64,000 bases of DNA from Polyangiaceae bacterium (GCA_044376115.1 JBILLK010000032.1:52580-116579); one strand, 5' to 3'. Counted from the first letter of the stretch, positions 13,867 through 23,868 are shown. Made by a program: numbers and translations. The notes: generated from the sequence alone by a model not told the origin.

Positions 13867-14340
13867 ATGAAGCGCACCGCCTCCTTCTGGTTTGCAGCCC
13901 TCGGCCTGCTTTTGCCCCTCGCGACCGCCTGCTCCAAGCATGACTGCAAGCTCGACGAGCAGCACGAGAAGTACTTCGGCGAGCTCGCGCTAACGACCAA
14001 AGGCGCGAATATGTGCTTCACCGGCGAGGAGCCCTCAGGCTGCAAGATCGAAAACGGTCGTTGCTCACCGACTTTGTTCGCCTGGCACTACGAGCTCGAG
14101 CAGAAGGACGTCGAGCAACGCTACAAGGCCGCGATCGAAGGGCATGGCTGGAAGTACGTCGGAGAGAAGCCCGCCGACGACGGCAGCAAGGCGCTGGCGT
14201 TCAGCAAAGGCGACCGCGATGAGTTACTCGTCGGGCTCGGCGGTATCCCTGGCAACGACAAGGGCACTGAGGTTTTCATGCTGCGCAAGCCGGAGGGCGC
14301 AACGGGCAGCATGCTCGACAAGTACAAGCCGGCGCCTTGA
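13867..14340 (+). CDS. Hypothetical lipoprotein
   Basis: Signal peptide ending LATAC; four further Cys. Confidence 0.7.
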   Translation: MKRTASFWFAALGLLLPLATACSKHDCKLDEQHEKYFGELALTTKGANMCFTGEEPSGCKIENGRCSPTLFAWHYELEQKDVEQRYKAAIEGHGWKYVGEKPADDGSKALAFSKGDRDELLVGLGGIPGNDKGTEVFMLRKPEGATGSMLDKYKPAP

Positions 14341-14403
14341 GCCCCAGCATGGCGGCCGGCAAACGGGCGCCCTCGCAATAAGCCTCGGCCAAGCCTGCCC
14401 ACT

Positions 14404-15354
14404 TCACAGCGGCACGCAGCGCGCGAGATGAACGGCGAAGTCGCCGGCCGAGTCGACGAACGTCTCCGCTCGCTCGAAGCCAGCATCTCGCAGCAGCCGT
14501 TCGACACGCTCGAGATCGTACTTCGCCGAAATCTCAACCAGAACACGCTCTCCAGCCGTGAAAGACACAGTGCGGTTGGCCCGACCGATCGCTACGGTCT
14601 GAGCCTGCGTGGACTCGATGTAGATTTCGATGTCGCTCGCCTGCGCGTTCCAACACGCGACGTGGCGAAAGTGCTCCAGGTTGAAGTCTGCGTCCAACTC
14701 GCGGTTGAGCCGAGTCAGGATGTTGAGCGTGAACTGAGCGGTAACTCCGGCTGCATCGTCGTAGGCCGCCAGGAGCCGCTCCGGCTGCTTCTTGAGGTCG
14801 GTGCCGAGCAACAAGCCGCCGTCGTCGCGCAACCGCACGCGCAGCGCACGCAGCATCGCCGTCGCTTGTTCATCCGAGAGGTTGCCGATCGAGCTACCGA
14901 TGAACAGCACCAACTGCCTCCCAGCGAGCATCGCGATCTCGGCACCTGCAGCTTCGTGCGTGCCCACGAACCCGCGCACCTCGCTTTGCGGAAAGGCCTC
15001 CCGCAGACGAGCTACTCCCAGTTCGAGCGCCCCTCGTTCGATATCGCAAGCGAGGTGCACAAAGTTCCCGTGGGCGCGAACCACGGCGCGCAGGAACAGC
15101 TCGGTCTTCTCCGAAGACCCCGCGCCGAGCTCAACGATCGAAACCTCGCTCGCCCCCGCTAACGCTCGCTCAACGATCCGCTCGCCTTGCTGCTCGAAGA
15201 TCTCGGCTTCGGCTCGCGTGAGGTAGTACTCCGGCAGACCGGTGATTCGCGTGTAGATTTGCGATCCGGCGTCGTCGTACAGCAACCAGGTTGGCAACGT
15301 CTTCGGGTGATTGAACAGGCCATCGACGGCTGAAGGCTGCATTTGCTGGGTCAT
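14404..15354 (-). CDS. egtD: L-histidine N(alpha)-methyltransferase
   Basis: KTLP..LYD..GS, LPEYYLTRAE, VELGAGSSEKT, FIGSSIGN, LLGTDL.K, AYDDAAGVTA.F, EISAKY. Confidence 0.93.
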   Translation of the reverse strand: MTQQMQPSAVDGLFNHPKTLPTWLLYDDAGSQIYTRITGLPEYYLTRAEAEIFEQQGERIVERALAGASEVSIVELGAGSSEKTELFLRAVVRAHGNFVHLACDIERGALELGVARLREAFPQSEVRGFVGTHEAAGAEIAMLAGRQLVLFIGSSIGNLSDEQATAMLRALRVRLRDDGGLLLGTDLKKQPERLLAAYDDAAGVTAQFTLNILTRLNRELDADFNLEHFRHVACWNAQASDIEIYIESTQAQTVAIGRANRTVSFTAGERVLVEISAKYDLERVERLLRDAGFERAETFVDSAGDFAVHLARCVPL

Positions 15355-15409
15355 ATCGCGCTCCGTTCCAGCTTCTATGTTGGCTGCTGGCTTAGCCGCT
15401 CACTGCGGG

Positions 15410-16678
15410 TCAGGACCTCTTGGGACACCGTGCTATTCGCACCCCGGTCATCTGAAAGCGTGTATCGGGCGGCCAGAAGTTGCGATAGCTCGCTCGCACG
15501 TGACCGCGAGGCGTGAAGCAGGAGCCTCCCCGAAGCACGAACTGCTGCGCCATGAACTTGCCGTTGTACTCGCCAACGGCACCGGCCGCCGACTCGAAGC
15601 CTGGATAGGGTGCATAGGCGGAGCGAGTCCACTCCCAAACATCACCAAACAGCTGCACCAGCCCAGTGGCCTCGCTCGCGGTTGGCGTGAGTGGTCCGTC
15701 GGCGAAGTTGCCAACGTGTTCATCGGCGAAGGAGGCTGCGTGCTCCCACTCCATTTCCGTCGGCAGTCGACCACCAAGAAAGCGCGCGAGCGCCTCCGCC
15801 TCCCAGAAGTCTAAGAAGCGCGCCGGTTCGTGCTCCTGCGGCTCTTCCCAGCCGGAGAGCCCAAACACGCGCAGCGTGCCGTCCCGCAGCTCCGTGTACG
15901 CGGGCGCAGTCAGCTTGCGGTTGCGCACCTGCGCAAAGCCCTCGGATAGCCAAAGGCTGGGCGTCGAATAGCCTCCCTCTTGGATGAAGGCCCGCAGCTC
16001 GCCCACCGTCGCTGGCGTGTGGGCCAGCTCGAACGGCTCGAGGAAGACGCGATGGCGTGGACGTTCGTTGTCGAAGGCGAAGCCGTCAGGGCCAGCACCA
16101 ATCTCCACGAGCCCGCCTTCGAACGTGTGGAAGCCGCGCGCTTGCGGAGCTGGCACTGCGCGATCGCGACGAGCCCGATAGACCGGCTTGATCGGACTCT
16201 GCGCAAAGGCGTGAAGGATGTCGGTCAGGAGCAACTCCTGGTGTTGCTGCTCATGCGCGAGCCCGAGCTGAATCAGCGGACTGAGCCGCTCGAACGCCGC
16301 GCTGTCGAGCGTCGCAATCAGCTTCCGCATCGCAGCATCAACTGCCGCGCGATAGCTCGTGACCTCCTCCGCCGACGGTCGTGAAACCAGCCCGCGTTCG
16401 GCGCGAATGGGCTGAGCGCCCACCCCCTCGTAGTAGGAGTTGTAGAGGAAGCGAAACCGTTCATCGAACGGGGCTACGCCGGCAGCGTCGAGAATGAAGG
16501 TCTCGAAGAACCAGGTCGTATGCGCGCGATGCCACTTGGTAGGGCTCGTCGAGGCCATCGACTGCAGCTGCTGGTCCTCGGCCGAAAGATCGGCGGCAAA
16601 CGCTTCCGTCGCGTCGCGAACCTGCTGATAGGCGGAGAGAAGGTCTTCGCGGGAAAGCGTTGCCTCGTTGTCAGCCAT
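15410..16678 (-). CDS. egtB: Ergothioneine biosynthesis sulfoxide synthase
   Basis: SPTKWHRAHTTWFFE, YNSYY, iron-binding HEQQHQE, FGE-sulfatase C-terminal domain with GEYNGKFM and YRNFW. Confidence 0.93.
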   Translation of the reverse strand: MADNEATLSREDLLSAYQQVRDATEAFAADLSAEDQQLQSMASTSPTKWHRAHTTWFFETFILDAAGVAPFDERFRFLYNSYYEGVGAQPIRAERGLVSRPSAEEVTSYRAAVDAAMRKLIATLDSAAFERLSPLIQLGLAHEQQHQELLLTDILHAFAQSPIKPVYRARRDRAVPAPQARGFHTFEGGLVEIGAGPDGFAFDNERPRHRVFLEPFELAHTPATVGELRAFIQEGGYSTPSLWLSEGFAQVRNRKLTAPAYTELRDGTLRVFGLSGWEEPQEHEPARFLDFWEAEALARFLGGRLPTEMEWEHAASFADEHVGNFADGPLTPTASEATGLVQLFGDVWEWTRSAYAPYPGFESAAGAVGEYNGKFMAQQFVLRGGSCFTPRGHVRASYRNFWPPDTRFQMTGVRIARCPKRS

Positions 16679-16687
16679 GACTCTCGC

Positions 16688-18178
16688 TCAGCCTCGTCTC
16701 TCGCTCGGAACGATCAGTCGCTCGATGAGTTCAAACAGGCCTTGAACGGCCAGGGCGAGCAGTGCAGAAGGAACCGCGCCCTCGAGGATCAGCGACGTAC
16801 GGTCGAGCCGTACGCCCGTGAGGATCGCCTGTCCATAGCCGCCTGCGCCGATGAGCGCTCCCAGCGTCGCCGTTCCAACCGCGATCACCGCGGAGGTTTG
16901 AACGCCGGAGAGGATCGAAGGCAGGGCGAGCGGAAGCTCCACCCGTCGCAATCGCGAAAGAGGCGTCATGCCCAAGGCGAGCGCCGACTCCCGCATCGCG
17001 ATCGGAATGGACGTGAGGCCAACGAAGGTCGAGCGGACGATGGGCAAGAGGCCATACAGTACCAGCGCCGCAATGGCCGTCTGCTTACCGAGCCCAAAGA
17101 CGGGGATCAGCACGACCAGCAGCGCAAGCGAAGGGACCGTTTGCAAAACGCCGGCGAGGCCCAGAATCACGCGACCGAAGCGCGGCAATTTTGCAGCCGC
17201 GATGCCGCTCGGCAAGGCAATCAAGAGCGAGAGCGCAAGGGCGATCCCGACGAGCGCGAGGTGCTCCTTCGTTGCCCGCCAAACGCGCGACCAGACGCTG
17301 TCTTCAACGGCTTCGGTCTTGAGCGCGAACTGCTCAGTCAGGAAGCGCGCTGCAACCGCGCCCTCGGCTTGGCCCTCCAACTTCACCGCTGCGTTCATGC
17401 GAATCATCGACGGTTCGCTGATCGCGCCCTCGAGGCGTCGTAACGCGCTGACTGCGGTTGGCACGCGCTGCTCGAGCTCGAGCCGATAGAGGATGACGGC
17501 CTGGTAAGCCGGAAAATGCTGCTTGTCGTCCGCCAGCACGGCCAGATCGTAGAAGGCGATCTCAGCGTCGGTCGTGTACAGATCGATCACGTCGGCGTCC
17601 CCCGCTTCGAGGCCGCGATACGCCAAGTCGTGATCGAGACCGCGCACGTTCTTGTGGGGGAGGCCGTAGCGTTCACGTAGGCCGGGCCAGCCATCCTTGC
17701 GGTCCATGAACTCGTTACCGAAGCGGAGCGCGAGCGTCGGGTGCTGCGTGAGCTGCGAGGTCTCACGGATGCCGAGTTCCTCACTTCGCGAGCGCCGCAT
17801 GCCCAAGGCGTAGGTGTTGTTGAACCCGAGCGGCTGGGTCACGCCGATCCCAAAGCGAACCAGCTCGTCGGCGAGTTCGCTCGACTTGGCCTCGCTCCCA
17901 GCGAGGATCTCCTGACGGATCGTCCCTGTGTACTCAGGGTAGGCGTCGATCTCGCCGCTCAGCAGCGCCGACCACAAGATGCGTGTTCCGCCCAGCTCGC
18001 GGCGATGCTCCACCTCGAGACCCGCGTCTTTGAGTAGGTGGGTCATCATCTCGCCGAGGATCACCGACTCGGTGAACGCCTTGGAGCCGACGCGAACGGG
18101 CGCGGCCTCCGCCGTCCCGGCGACGCTCATTGCTAGCACCCCGATCGAGAGCACCACGCTTGCACACCAACGCTTCAC
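16688..18178 (-). CDS. Quaternary-amine (OpuAC/ProX-type) ABC transporter, substrate-binding domain fused to permease
   Basis: Signal peptide, VGSKAFTE, YPEYTGT, FNNTYAL, YTTD, FPAY, then TM helices with QTVPSLAL and ESALALGM EAA loop. Confidence 0.88.
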   Translation of the reverse strand: MKRWCASVVLSIGVLAMSVAGTAEAAPVRVGSKAFTESVILGEMMTHLLKDAGLEVEHRRELGGTRILWSALLSGEIDAYPEYTGTIRQEILAGSEAKSSELADELVRFGIGVTQPLGFNNTYALGMRRSRSEELGIRETSQLTQHPTLALRFGNEFMDRKDGWPGLRERYGLPHKNVRGLDHDLAYRGLEAGDADVIDLYTTDAEIAFYDLAVLADDKQHFPAYQAVILYRLELEQRVPTAVSALRRLEGAISEPSMIRMNAAVKLEGQAEGAVAARFLTEQFALKTEAVEDSVWSRVWRATKEHLALVGIALALSLLIALPSGIAAAKLPRFGRVILGLAGVLQTVPSLALLVVLIPVFGLGKQTAIAALVLYGLLPIVRSTFVGLTSIPIAMRESALALGMTPLSRLRRVELPLALPSILSGVQTSAVIAVGTATLGALIGAGGYGQAILTGVRLDRTSLILEGAVPSALLALAVQGLFELIERLIVPSERRG

Positions 18179-18930
18179 GACCTTGCTCCACGAGGGCGAA
18201 GCTCACGGTGCGATCCGAGCAGGCGCACGACGAACGGGTCGGACTGCTCGGCCAGCAGTTCATCCGGGCTACCGCTCCATGCGACCTTTCCGGCATTCAG
18301 CACCACGATGCGGTCAGCAAAGTGCACGGCCTCCGCCAGGTCATGCGTCACGAGCAGGACGGTGGCTCCCACCGTCTTGAACACCTCACGCAGCTCATCC
18401 TGAAGTTCAACCCGCACGATCGGGTCGAGCGCACCGAGCGGCTCATCGAGTAGAACCACCTCGGGCTCGAGCATCAGCGCACGCATCAGGCTGACGCGCT
18501 GACGTTGTCCGCCGGAGAGCCCACTCGGCGGACGCGCGAGGAGTTCATTCGGCAAGCGGACCAATTGCGCGAGCGTCTTGACTCGCTCATCCATTCGCGC
18601 GGGCGACCAGCCGAGCACCTCGGCCATCAGCGTCACGTTCTTGCGAGCCGAAAGATGGGGGAACAGCCCACCTTCTTGAATCACGTAACCCATGCGTCGC
18701 CGCAGCGTAGTGACCGTCTCCGAAGTTAGCCGCTCCCCGCCGCAGAGTATTTCGCCGGAGTCGGGTTGCACGAGCCCGTTGACCAAGCGCAGCAGCGTCG
18801 ACTTTCCGCAACCGCTCGGCCCGACGAGCACCGTCGTTGTCGCCGGAGGAACCTCAAGGTCGACAGCATCCAACACCAACTGGCTTTGAAACCGTTTGGA
18901 CGCGCGTCGAATCTCGATGCCGCTCGTCAC
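18175..18930 (-). CDS. ABC transporter ATP-binding protein (OpuCA/ProV-like); start uncertain (GTG 18930 or ATG 19026)
   Basis: Walker A GPSGCGKST, GYVIQEGGLFPH, LSGGQRQR, LLDEPLGALD, VTHD. Confidence 0.9.
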   Translation of the reverse strand: MTSGIEIRRASKRFQSQLVLDAVDLEVPPATTTVLVGPSGCGKSTLLRLVNGLVQPDSGEILCGGERLTSETVTTLRRRMGYVIQEGGLFPHLSARKNVTLMAEVLGWSPARMDERVKTLAQLVRLPNELLARPPSGLSGGQRQRVSLMRALMLEPEVVLLDEPLGALDPIVRVELQDELREVFKTVGATVLLVTHDLAEAVHFADRIVVLNAGKVAWSGSPDELLAEQSDPFVVRLLGSHRELRPRGARS

Positions 18931-19075
18931 CGTGAGTACTTCTCGTTGTTCATACTCGGGACGACCAGTTGATTGCCTCGGGCGGAGCGCTGCAACGTAA
19001 CGACAAGACGGCTCCGACTCAATCATCGCGAGGGCGTCCAGTCACTCCTCCCGACGAAAATGATAGGTAGCGTCG

Positions 19076-20950
19076 ATGGCCAATCCGGAGAACCAGGTCG
19101 AGTGGACCGGCCTTGCAGAGGCCTTCGACAGCATCGTTCAGGCGCGGAAAGCAGGCGATTGGGCGAGCGCTGGTCTTCATGCAAGAGTCACCATCGAGCC
19201 GCTTCGGCGGCGGCTCGAGGTGCAACCAGCGATCGTGGCGCGGGCGCTCGCGGTCGTCGCGGATACGCTGCGCGCTGGGGCAGACGGTCAATTCGCCACC
19301 GCCAGCGCGGAAGTACTGACGCTTTATCTCGAGAGCTTCACGACGCGAGCGACGGAGGCGGTGGATGAGGAGGTCTCGACTACGGCGCTCAAGGCCGCGC
19401 ATTGCGCATTTGTTTTAGACGATGAAGGAGCCTTGGAGCTGGCGTTGGGCTGCGCGGCGCAGGGTCCTGGCTACGCAGCCTCGATCGCACGCCATGCTCG
19501 CAGTGTGCGACTTGCGCAGCGCGGGGAGTACGAGCAGGCGCTCGAGGCGCTGGGGCCTGCCTTCGATTGGGACGCCCCTCGCCTACGTGGAGCGCTGTTG
19601 TTCGCGCTCGCTCGTTATGCGGAGGCCGCAGAGGCGTGGTTGAGTCCGCAGGTGGCCGGCTTCGAGCGGGCGGAGCTCGAACTCGCTGCGGCCTGGGCAT
19701 GGCACCGCGCGGGCAATGAGAAGCGCGCAAAGAAGCTCCTCGCCGGGATGCGCACACGCGGGCGACGCGCTTGGTACGTCTCCGAAGAAGTCGAGGCAAA
19801 GCTCGTTCTGCTCGAGCAAAGCTTCGAGCCGCGTGGACCGATCGATGCCGTTTGGGGACCTGCACCTGCGCCGGAAACGGAGTCGTTTGACCTGCGCGTC
19901 TACAACACGCCCTCGCTCGCTAACTTGCTCGAGTCCGCGGCGGAGCTGCGACAGCTCGCCGAGGGGACGTCCGAGGCTTGGATCGAGCGCGCGCGACGTT
20001 TCGCGAACGAGTTGCGCTCGAGCGGGGAAGAGCACCAGCGTGCAGCCTACGATCCGTTGCTGCGAAAAATCTTGTCGGCGGTGGAGCAACGGCACGGAGC
20101 CGCAAGTGTCGAAGCGACGGAGATTGTGCTGTTGCTCTTTTACGGCAGCCTGCGGATGCCAGCCCCAGACCGTGTCGCCCTCGCCCGTCGCTTCCTCGAC
20201 GTGCTCGCACAGCGCCCGCCGACAGCCGAGGAAGTTTCGTCGGTGGCCTATGTGGCGGAGCGGCTGGTCGACGAGCTTTCGCAGAGCGCCCCGCTCGAGG
20301 CCGGTCAACTCGCAGAGCGCTGGTCCGCCTATTGTGACGAGCAGCAACGGCCAGCGAGCAAGCTGCATCATTTGGCAGCCATGTTGGCGCGCAAGGCGGG
20401 CGACAACTCCAAGTCGCTGACGCAGCTCGAACGAGCCATCGCGACCTTTGGTCCAGACGACTACGACACGCTCTCCCGCAGCTTTGCGTATCGCTGCGAC
20501 CTGGCGGAGGTCGCGCGCGCGGCCGGGCCTCCGCGGCTCGAGCTCGAGCGCGCACTCGCAGAAGAACGCAACCAACTTGCAGAGCAGTGGCGCGCCGGCT
20601 TGCGCAAGACGGCCAAGGCGCATGCGGTCGTCGATCTGCTCGCACCGTCGCTTTCGCCCGGCGAAATGGGCGCCATTCGCTTTTCGGCGCCCTTCGACTT
20701 GCTCGAGCAGGTCGGCCAGAAGCTCGGGCGCCGCTTCCTCGCGAGCCGCGTCAACGCCCGACCTGCGCACTCGGTGTTGCTCGAGGCGTGCCGTCCGCAT
20801 CGAGCCCAAACGACCTTCTTCGGATCGGCCTGGAGCTTGGAGATCGATACGCTGACCACCGCGGATACGCCCGAGACGCGCGCGGCGCTTGCGAGCGCCG
20901 ACGAGCTCACCGGCCTCCACGACGGGCTGCTTTACGCCTGGTGGGACTGA
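19076..20950 (+). CDS. Hypothetical TPR-like protein with a possible DUF4253-like C-terminus
   Basis: Helical repeats (GEYEQALEAL, ARYAEAAEAW); ends in YAWWD, like the terminal WWD of DUF4253. Confidence 0.6.
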   Translation: MANPENQVEWTGLAEAFDSIVQARKAGDWASAGLHARVTIEPLRRRLEVQPAIVARALAVVADTLRAGADGQFATASAEVLTLYLESFTTRATEAVDEEVSTTALKAAHCAFVLDDEGALELALGCAAQGPGYAASIARHARSVRLAQRGEYEQALEALGPAFDWDAPRLRGALLFALARYAEAAEAWLSPQVAGFERAELELAAAWAWHRAGNEKRAKKLLAGMRTRGRRAWYVSEEVEAKLVLLEQSFEPRGPIDAVWGPAPAPETESFDLRVYNTPSLANLLESAAELRQLAEGTSEAWIERARRFANELRSSGEEHQRAAYDPLLRKILSAVEQRHGAASVEATEIVLLLFYGSLRMPAPDRVALARRFLDVLAQRPPTAEEVSSVAYVAERLVDELSQSAPLEAGQLAERWSAYCDEQQRPASKLHHLAAMLARKAGDNSKSLTQLERAIATFGPDDYDTLSRSFAYRCDLAEVARAAGPPRLELERALAEERNQLAEQWRAGLRKTAKAHAVVDLLAPSLSPGEMGAIRFSAPFDLLEQVGQKLGRRFLASRVNARPAHSVLLEACRPHRAQTTFFGSAWSLEIDTLTTADTPETRAALASADELTGLHDGLLYAWWD

Positions 20951-21005
20951 ACAGTCGGTGACTCTTCGCTGGTGCAAAGTCGGCGGCCGTGCGAAAACCT
21001 CGTCA

Positions 21006-22331
21006 ATGACCGCTTCCTCGGGCCGGCCTGCCGATCACACAACTCCGCCGAAGGTTCGTTCCTTAGCCTTTGCGGTGCTCATGCCGCTGCTCGCGTCGAG
21101 CTTGCCGAGCGTTCACGCGCATGCGCAAGAAGCCGAGCCTGCTGCCAAGCCCGCCGTGGTTGCGCCTCCTCCCAAAGCGAACGGGAAGAAGCCTCCCCTA
21201 CCTGTTCAGCTCTCGGTGTTGGCCTCCTCCCCCGATCCGCCGTGGATCTTGAAGATCGAAAACACGAGCGACGTTGTGATTCGGGTGCCTGCCGATGAAC
21301 GGCTGCTCTCGTTCGAGCTACGACCCAAGGCCAAAGCGCCGGTGATCGCGTGCAAACTCCCGAAGCTGATGGTGCCGTCGGAGTTTGATTCCTCGCGCGA
21401 GCTGCTGCTCAACCCCAAAGAGTCCTTCACCGTCTCGATCGATCCGCGCCTCTATTGCTTCGGCAGCTCGGTGGACAAGCTCGTCCCGGGCGCGGTGCTC
21501 ACACCGAGCTTCGGTTTTTCGCCGTTTGGCAGCTCCAAAGAGACGATCGCCGCTGAAGGACTGGACCGGCCTTCGAGCTATCAACCGGTGCGGCTGCTCA
21601 AGGGTGAGCCGTTCACGCTCCCTGCCATCGTCGAGCCGCCTCCGAGCCAGAAGAAGCAGGCGGAGCATGGGCACGCGCACGGCGAGGGCGGGCACGCGCA
21701 CGGTGACGGCGAACACGCGCACGGCGGGCACCACGGGGAAGGCGGGCACATGACCGGCTCGTCGCTCGATCCGAGCGCGCCGCGGCTCGACGTGTACGTC
21801 GAACAACGCGTGGACGCGACGGCGGGCCGCGACGTGGTGCTCACCTTGCGCGCCGTCAATGAAGGGGAGCGCAAGCTCGCCACGGTGCTGCGAACGCGCA
21901 TGATGACGATTCGGGTGGAAGAGCTCCGCGCCGATAACCGGCCGCGCGCTGTGACGCTGTGCACCGGCCAACACGCCGCACACGGCGTCGCCTCCGAACT
22001 CGTGGGCACGCTCGGCGCTGGGCGCGAATCCCGTTTAGCGATCCTCGTAGCCGAGGTCTGCCCGAAGGGCACCTTCCACCGGCCGGGCCTTTATCGGCTG
22101 CGCGCCGAGCTCGATACGGCCGTCTCAGGGGAAAGCCTCAAGAGCGACCCTTGGCTCGAAGGTGCGTTGGCTCGACAGTCGGCGCTCGTGCGCGTGGCCT
22201 CGGCTCGCGACGCTTTTCACGCTGGCGAGCCCTCCGCTGGCCCGGTCGAGTTCGAGTTGCCGCCCGGAGCCAACGACAACGCGCGGCCCGCTCCCAAGGT
22301 TGAACCGGTCGAAGCCCCGGCGAGCAAGTAA
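21006..22331 (+). CDS. Hypothetical secreted protein with His-rich linker
   Basis: Signal-peptide-like segment ending AHAQ; two beta-rich domains separated by EHGHAHGEGGHAHGDGEHAHGGHHGEGGH. Confidence 0.7.
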   Translation: MTASSGRPADHTTPPKVRSLAFAVLMPLLASSLPSVHAHAQEAEPAAKPAVVAPPPKANGKKPPLPVQLSVLASSPDPPWILKIENTSDVVIRVPADERLLSFELRPKAKAPVIACKLPKLMVPSEFDSSRELLLNPKESFTVSIDPRLYCFGSSVDKLVPGAVLTPSFGFSPFGSSKETIAAEGLDRPSSYQPVRLLKGEPFTLPAIVEPPPSQKKQAEHGHAHGEGGHAHGDGEHAHGGHHGEGGHMTGSSLDPSAPRLDVYVEQRVDATAGRDVVLTLRAVNEGERKLATVLRTRMMTIRVEELRADNRPRAVTLCTGQHAAHGVASELVGTLGAGRESRLAILVAEVCPKGTFHRPGLYRLRAELDTAVSGESLKSDPWLEGALARQSALVRVASARDAFHAGEPSAGPVEFELPPGANDNARPAPKVEPVEAPASK

Positions 22332-22349
22332 GAACAGCCGGCTGCGATC

Positions 22350-23318
22350 TCAGAAGGTGCCGTGCAAACCCGCCCCCGCTGGGTAGACCTTCAATCCCAG
22401 CTTGATCGTTCGCTCCGTTGGGATCGCGCCGACCAACAAGACAGGCACTCCGGCGAGCACAAACGCAGCCCCTGTCGCCATCGATAGAGCAGCCGCGCCC
22501 TTCTCGATGAGCTCAGCCTCGCAGTCGTCGTACGCCAGATCAGAGACTTCGTATTTCGCCGCGGCGGCGATCGGATCTTCTTGGGCCAGCGTGAAGCCGT
22601 CCAACAGGAAATCGCAAGCTGGCGTGTCTTGGCCGATGAAGTACCCGCCAACAGCGAGACCAACGATGCCAACCGTGGTCATTGAAGCACCGAGCACGAT
22701 CAGCCCGGTGCTTCGTGGTCCAACGATCACGCGTGAGAGGTTGCCGTTCCAAAACGCACCGGTGTTGATCTCTTCGTCGCTAGCGGTCGTGGACGCGTTC
22801 CTTCGCGGTGCAAGCCCGGCCGTCGTGCGCGACGCAGGCACTTCCACAGTCAGCAAAACTCCGCCTTCGTTCTGGCGCAGGGAGAGCACGCCTCGCGCCG
22901 ACTCCCGAAGCGAGACCACCAACTCAGCGCCTTCTGTTGCCGGACGCAACTCAACAGCCGTCACGGGCGTTCCAAAGAGCTCCGTCGGTAGCGGGAGCTG
23001 GTTGACTGGCTCGCTGAGCGCGAAGCCTTTCAGCGAGTACAAGAGCCGCCCTTCCGCTTGTTGCTCAACCACGCGAACTGGCCCGTGCAGCTGCAGTGTG
23101 ACGAGAGCGCGTCCGTCCTCCAAGACTTGAAAACTGGGCGCACTCAGCACTGGATCGCCGGCCCCTGGATCCATCGACAGTTCCGCGGGAACAGAGGCAG
23201 CCGCCTGCTCACGGGGTTCCACAGCGGGACGTAAGGGGCTATTCGGAGAGGATTCGAGCGTTGCTGTGGCACACCCCACATGGGTCACTGCGAACGTGAG
23301 TGCGAAGCGCCAATCCAT
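22350..23318 (-). CDS. Hypothetical exported/membrane protein with AMIN-like domain
   Basis: N-terminal signal-like segment, beta-rich domain (TPVTAVEL...AELVVSLRE), two C-terminal hydrophobic helices and terminal ..LHGTF. Confidence 0.55.
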   Translation of the reverse strand: MDWRFALTFAVTHVGCATATLESSPNSPLRPAVEPREQAAASVPAELSMDPGAGDPVLSAPSFQVLEDGRALVTLQLHGPVRVVEQQAEGRLLYSLKGFALSEPVNQLPLPTELFGTPVTAVELRPATEGAELVVSLRESARGVLSLRQNEGGVLLTVEVPASRTTAGLAPRRNASTTASDEEINTGAFWNGNLSRVIVGPRSTGLIVLGASMTTVGIVGLAVGGYFIGQDTPACDFLLDGFTLAQEDPIAAAAKYEVSDLAYDDCEAELIEKGAAALSMATGAAFVLAGVPVLLVGAIPTERTIKLGLKVYPAGAGLHGTF

Positions 23319-23553
23319 CTCGCCATCAAAGCAGCTGTCGAGCGACAATTGAATGACTCTGGCTGGCAGAAACGCAAACGGCCCTTCAGCGCACCACGCT
23401 TGTCGGGAGCTAAAGACAGCATCCGTCTCGGCACCAACGCCGAACCAGATATTGAGCGAAGCTCGCACGAGGCGAAATGAAGCTGAGGGCCGAAAGGTCC
23501 ACGATGCTCGTGGAGAGCGCTAGAGCGCTAGAAACGATGCAGCGAACCGCGGG

Positions 23554-23868
23554 CTAGTAACGACGCCAGTCCACCATTTCGAAGAGCGACATCGGCGTGT
23601 AGCGATTCAAGTTGCCGGTCCCCTGGTCATACTGACGCACGATCTCGGTCAGGATGGCGCCCGCCTCGATAATGAAGCGGCGCTGAATCGGCAGCGAGAA
23701 GTCCGTCTGCCCACCTGCGTTCGCTGCAACGTCAAGATCCACTCGGATCTCGGAGTTCGCTTGGTCAACGACGACTCGTCGGGTTTCTTTGGACCCCTCT
23801 CGAAGAGCGTCGAGACGCTCCATGAGGTGCTCGGGCGAAAACGGGCGGAACGCGTGGAACGTCGACAT
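23554..23868 (-). CDS. Hypothetical protein
   Basis: 104-aa ORF with AAGGAG RBS upstream of ATG. Confidence 0.6.
   Translation of the reverse strand: MSTFHAFRPFSPEHLMERLDALREGSKETRRVVVDQANSEIRVDLDVAANAGGQTDFSLPIQRRFIIEAGAILTEIVRQYDQGTGNLNRYTPMSLFEMVDWRRY

Noticed and set aside
15410..16678. Selenoneine (SenA) or ovothiol (OvoA) synthase
   Set aside because: No senB/selD neighbours and no C-terminal methyltransferase domain; the context is egtB-egtD
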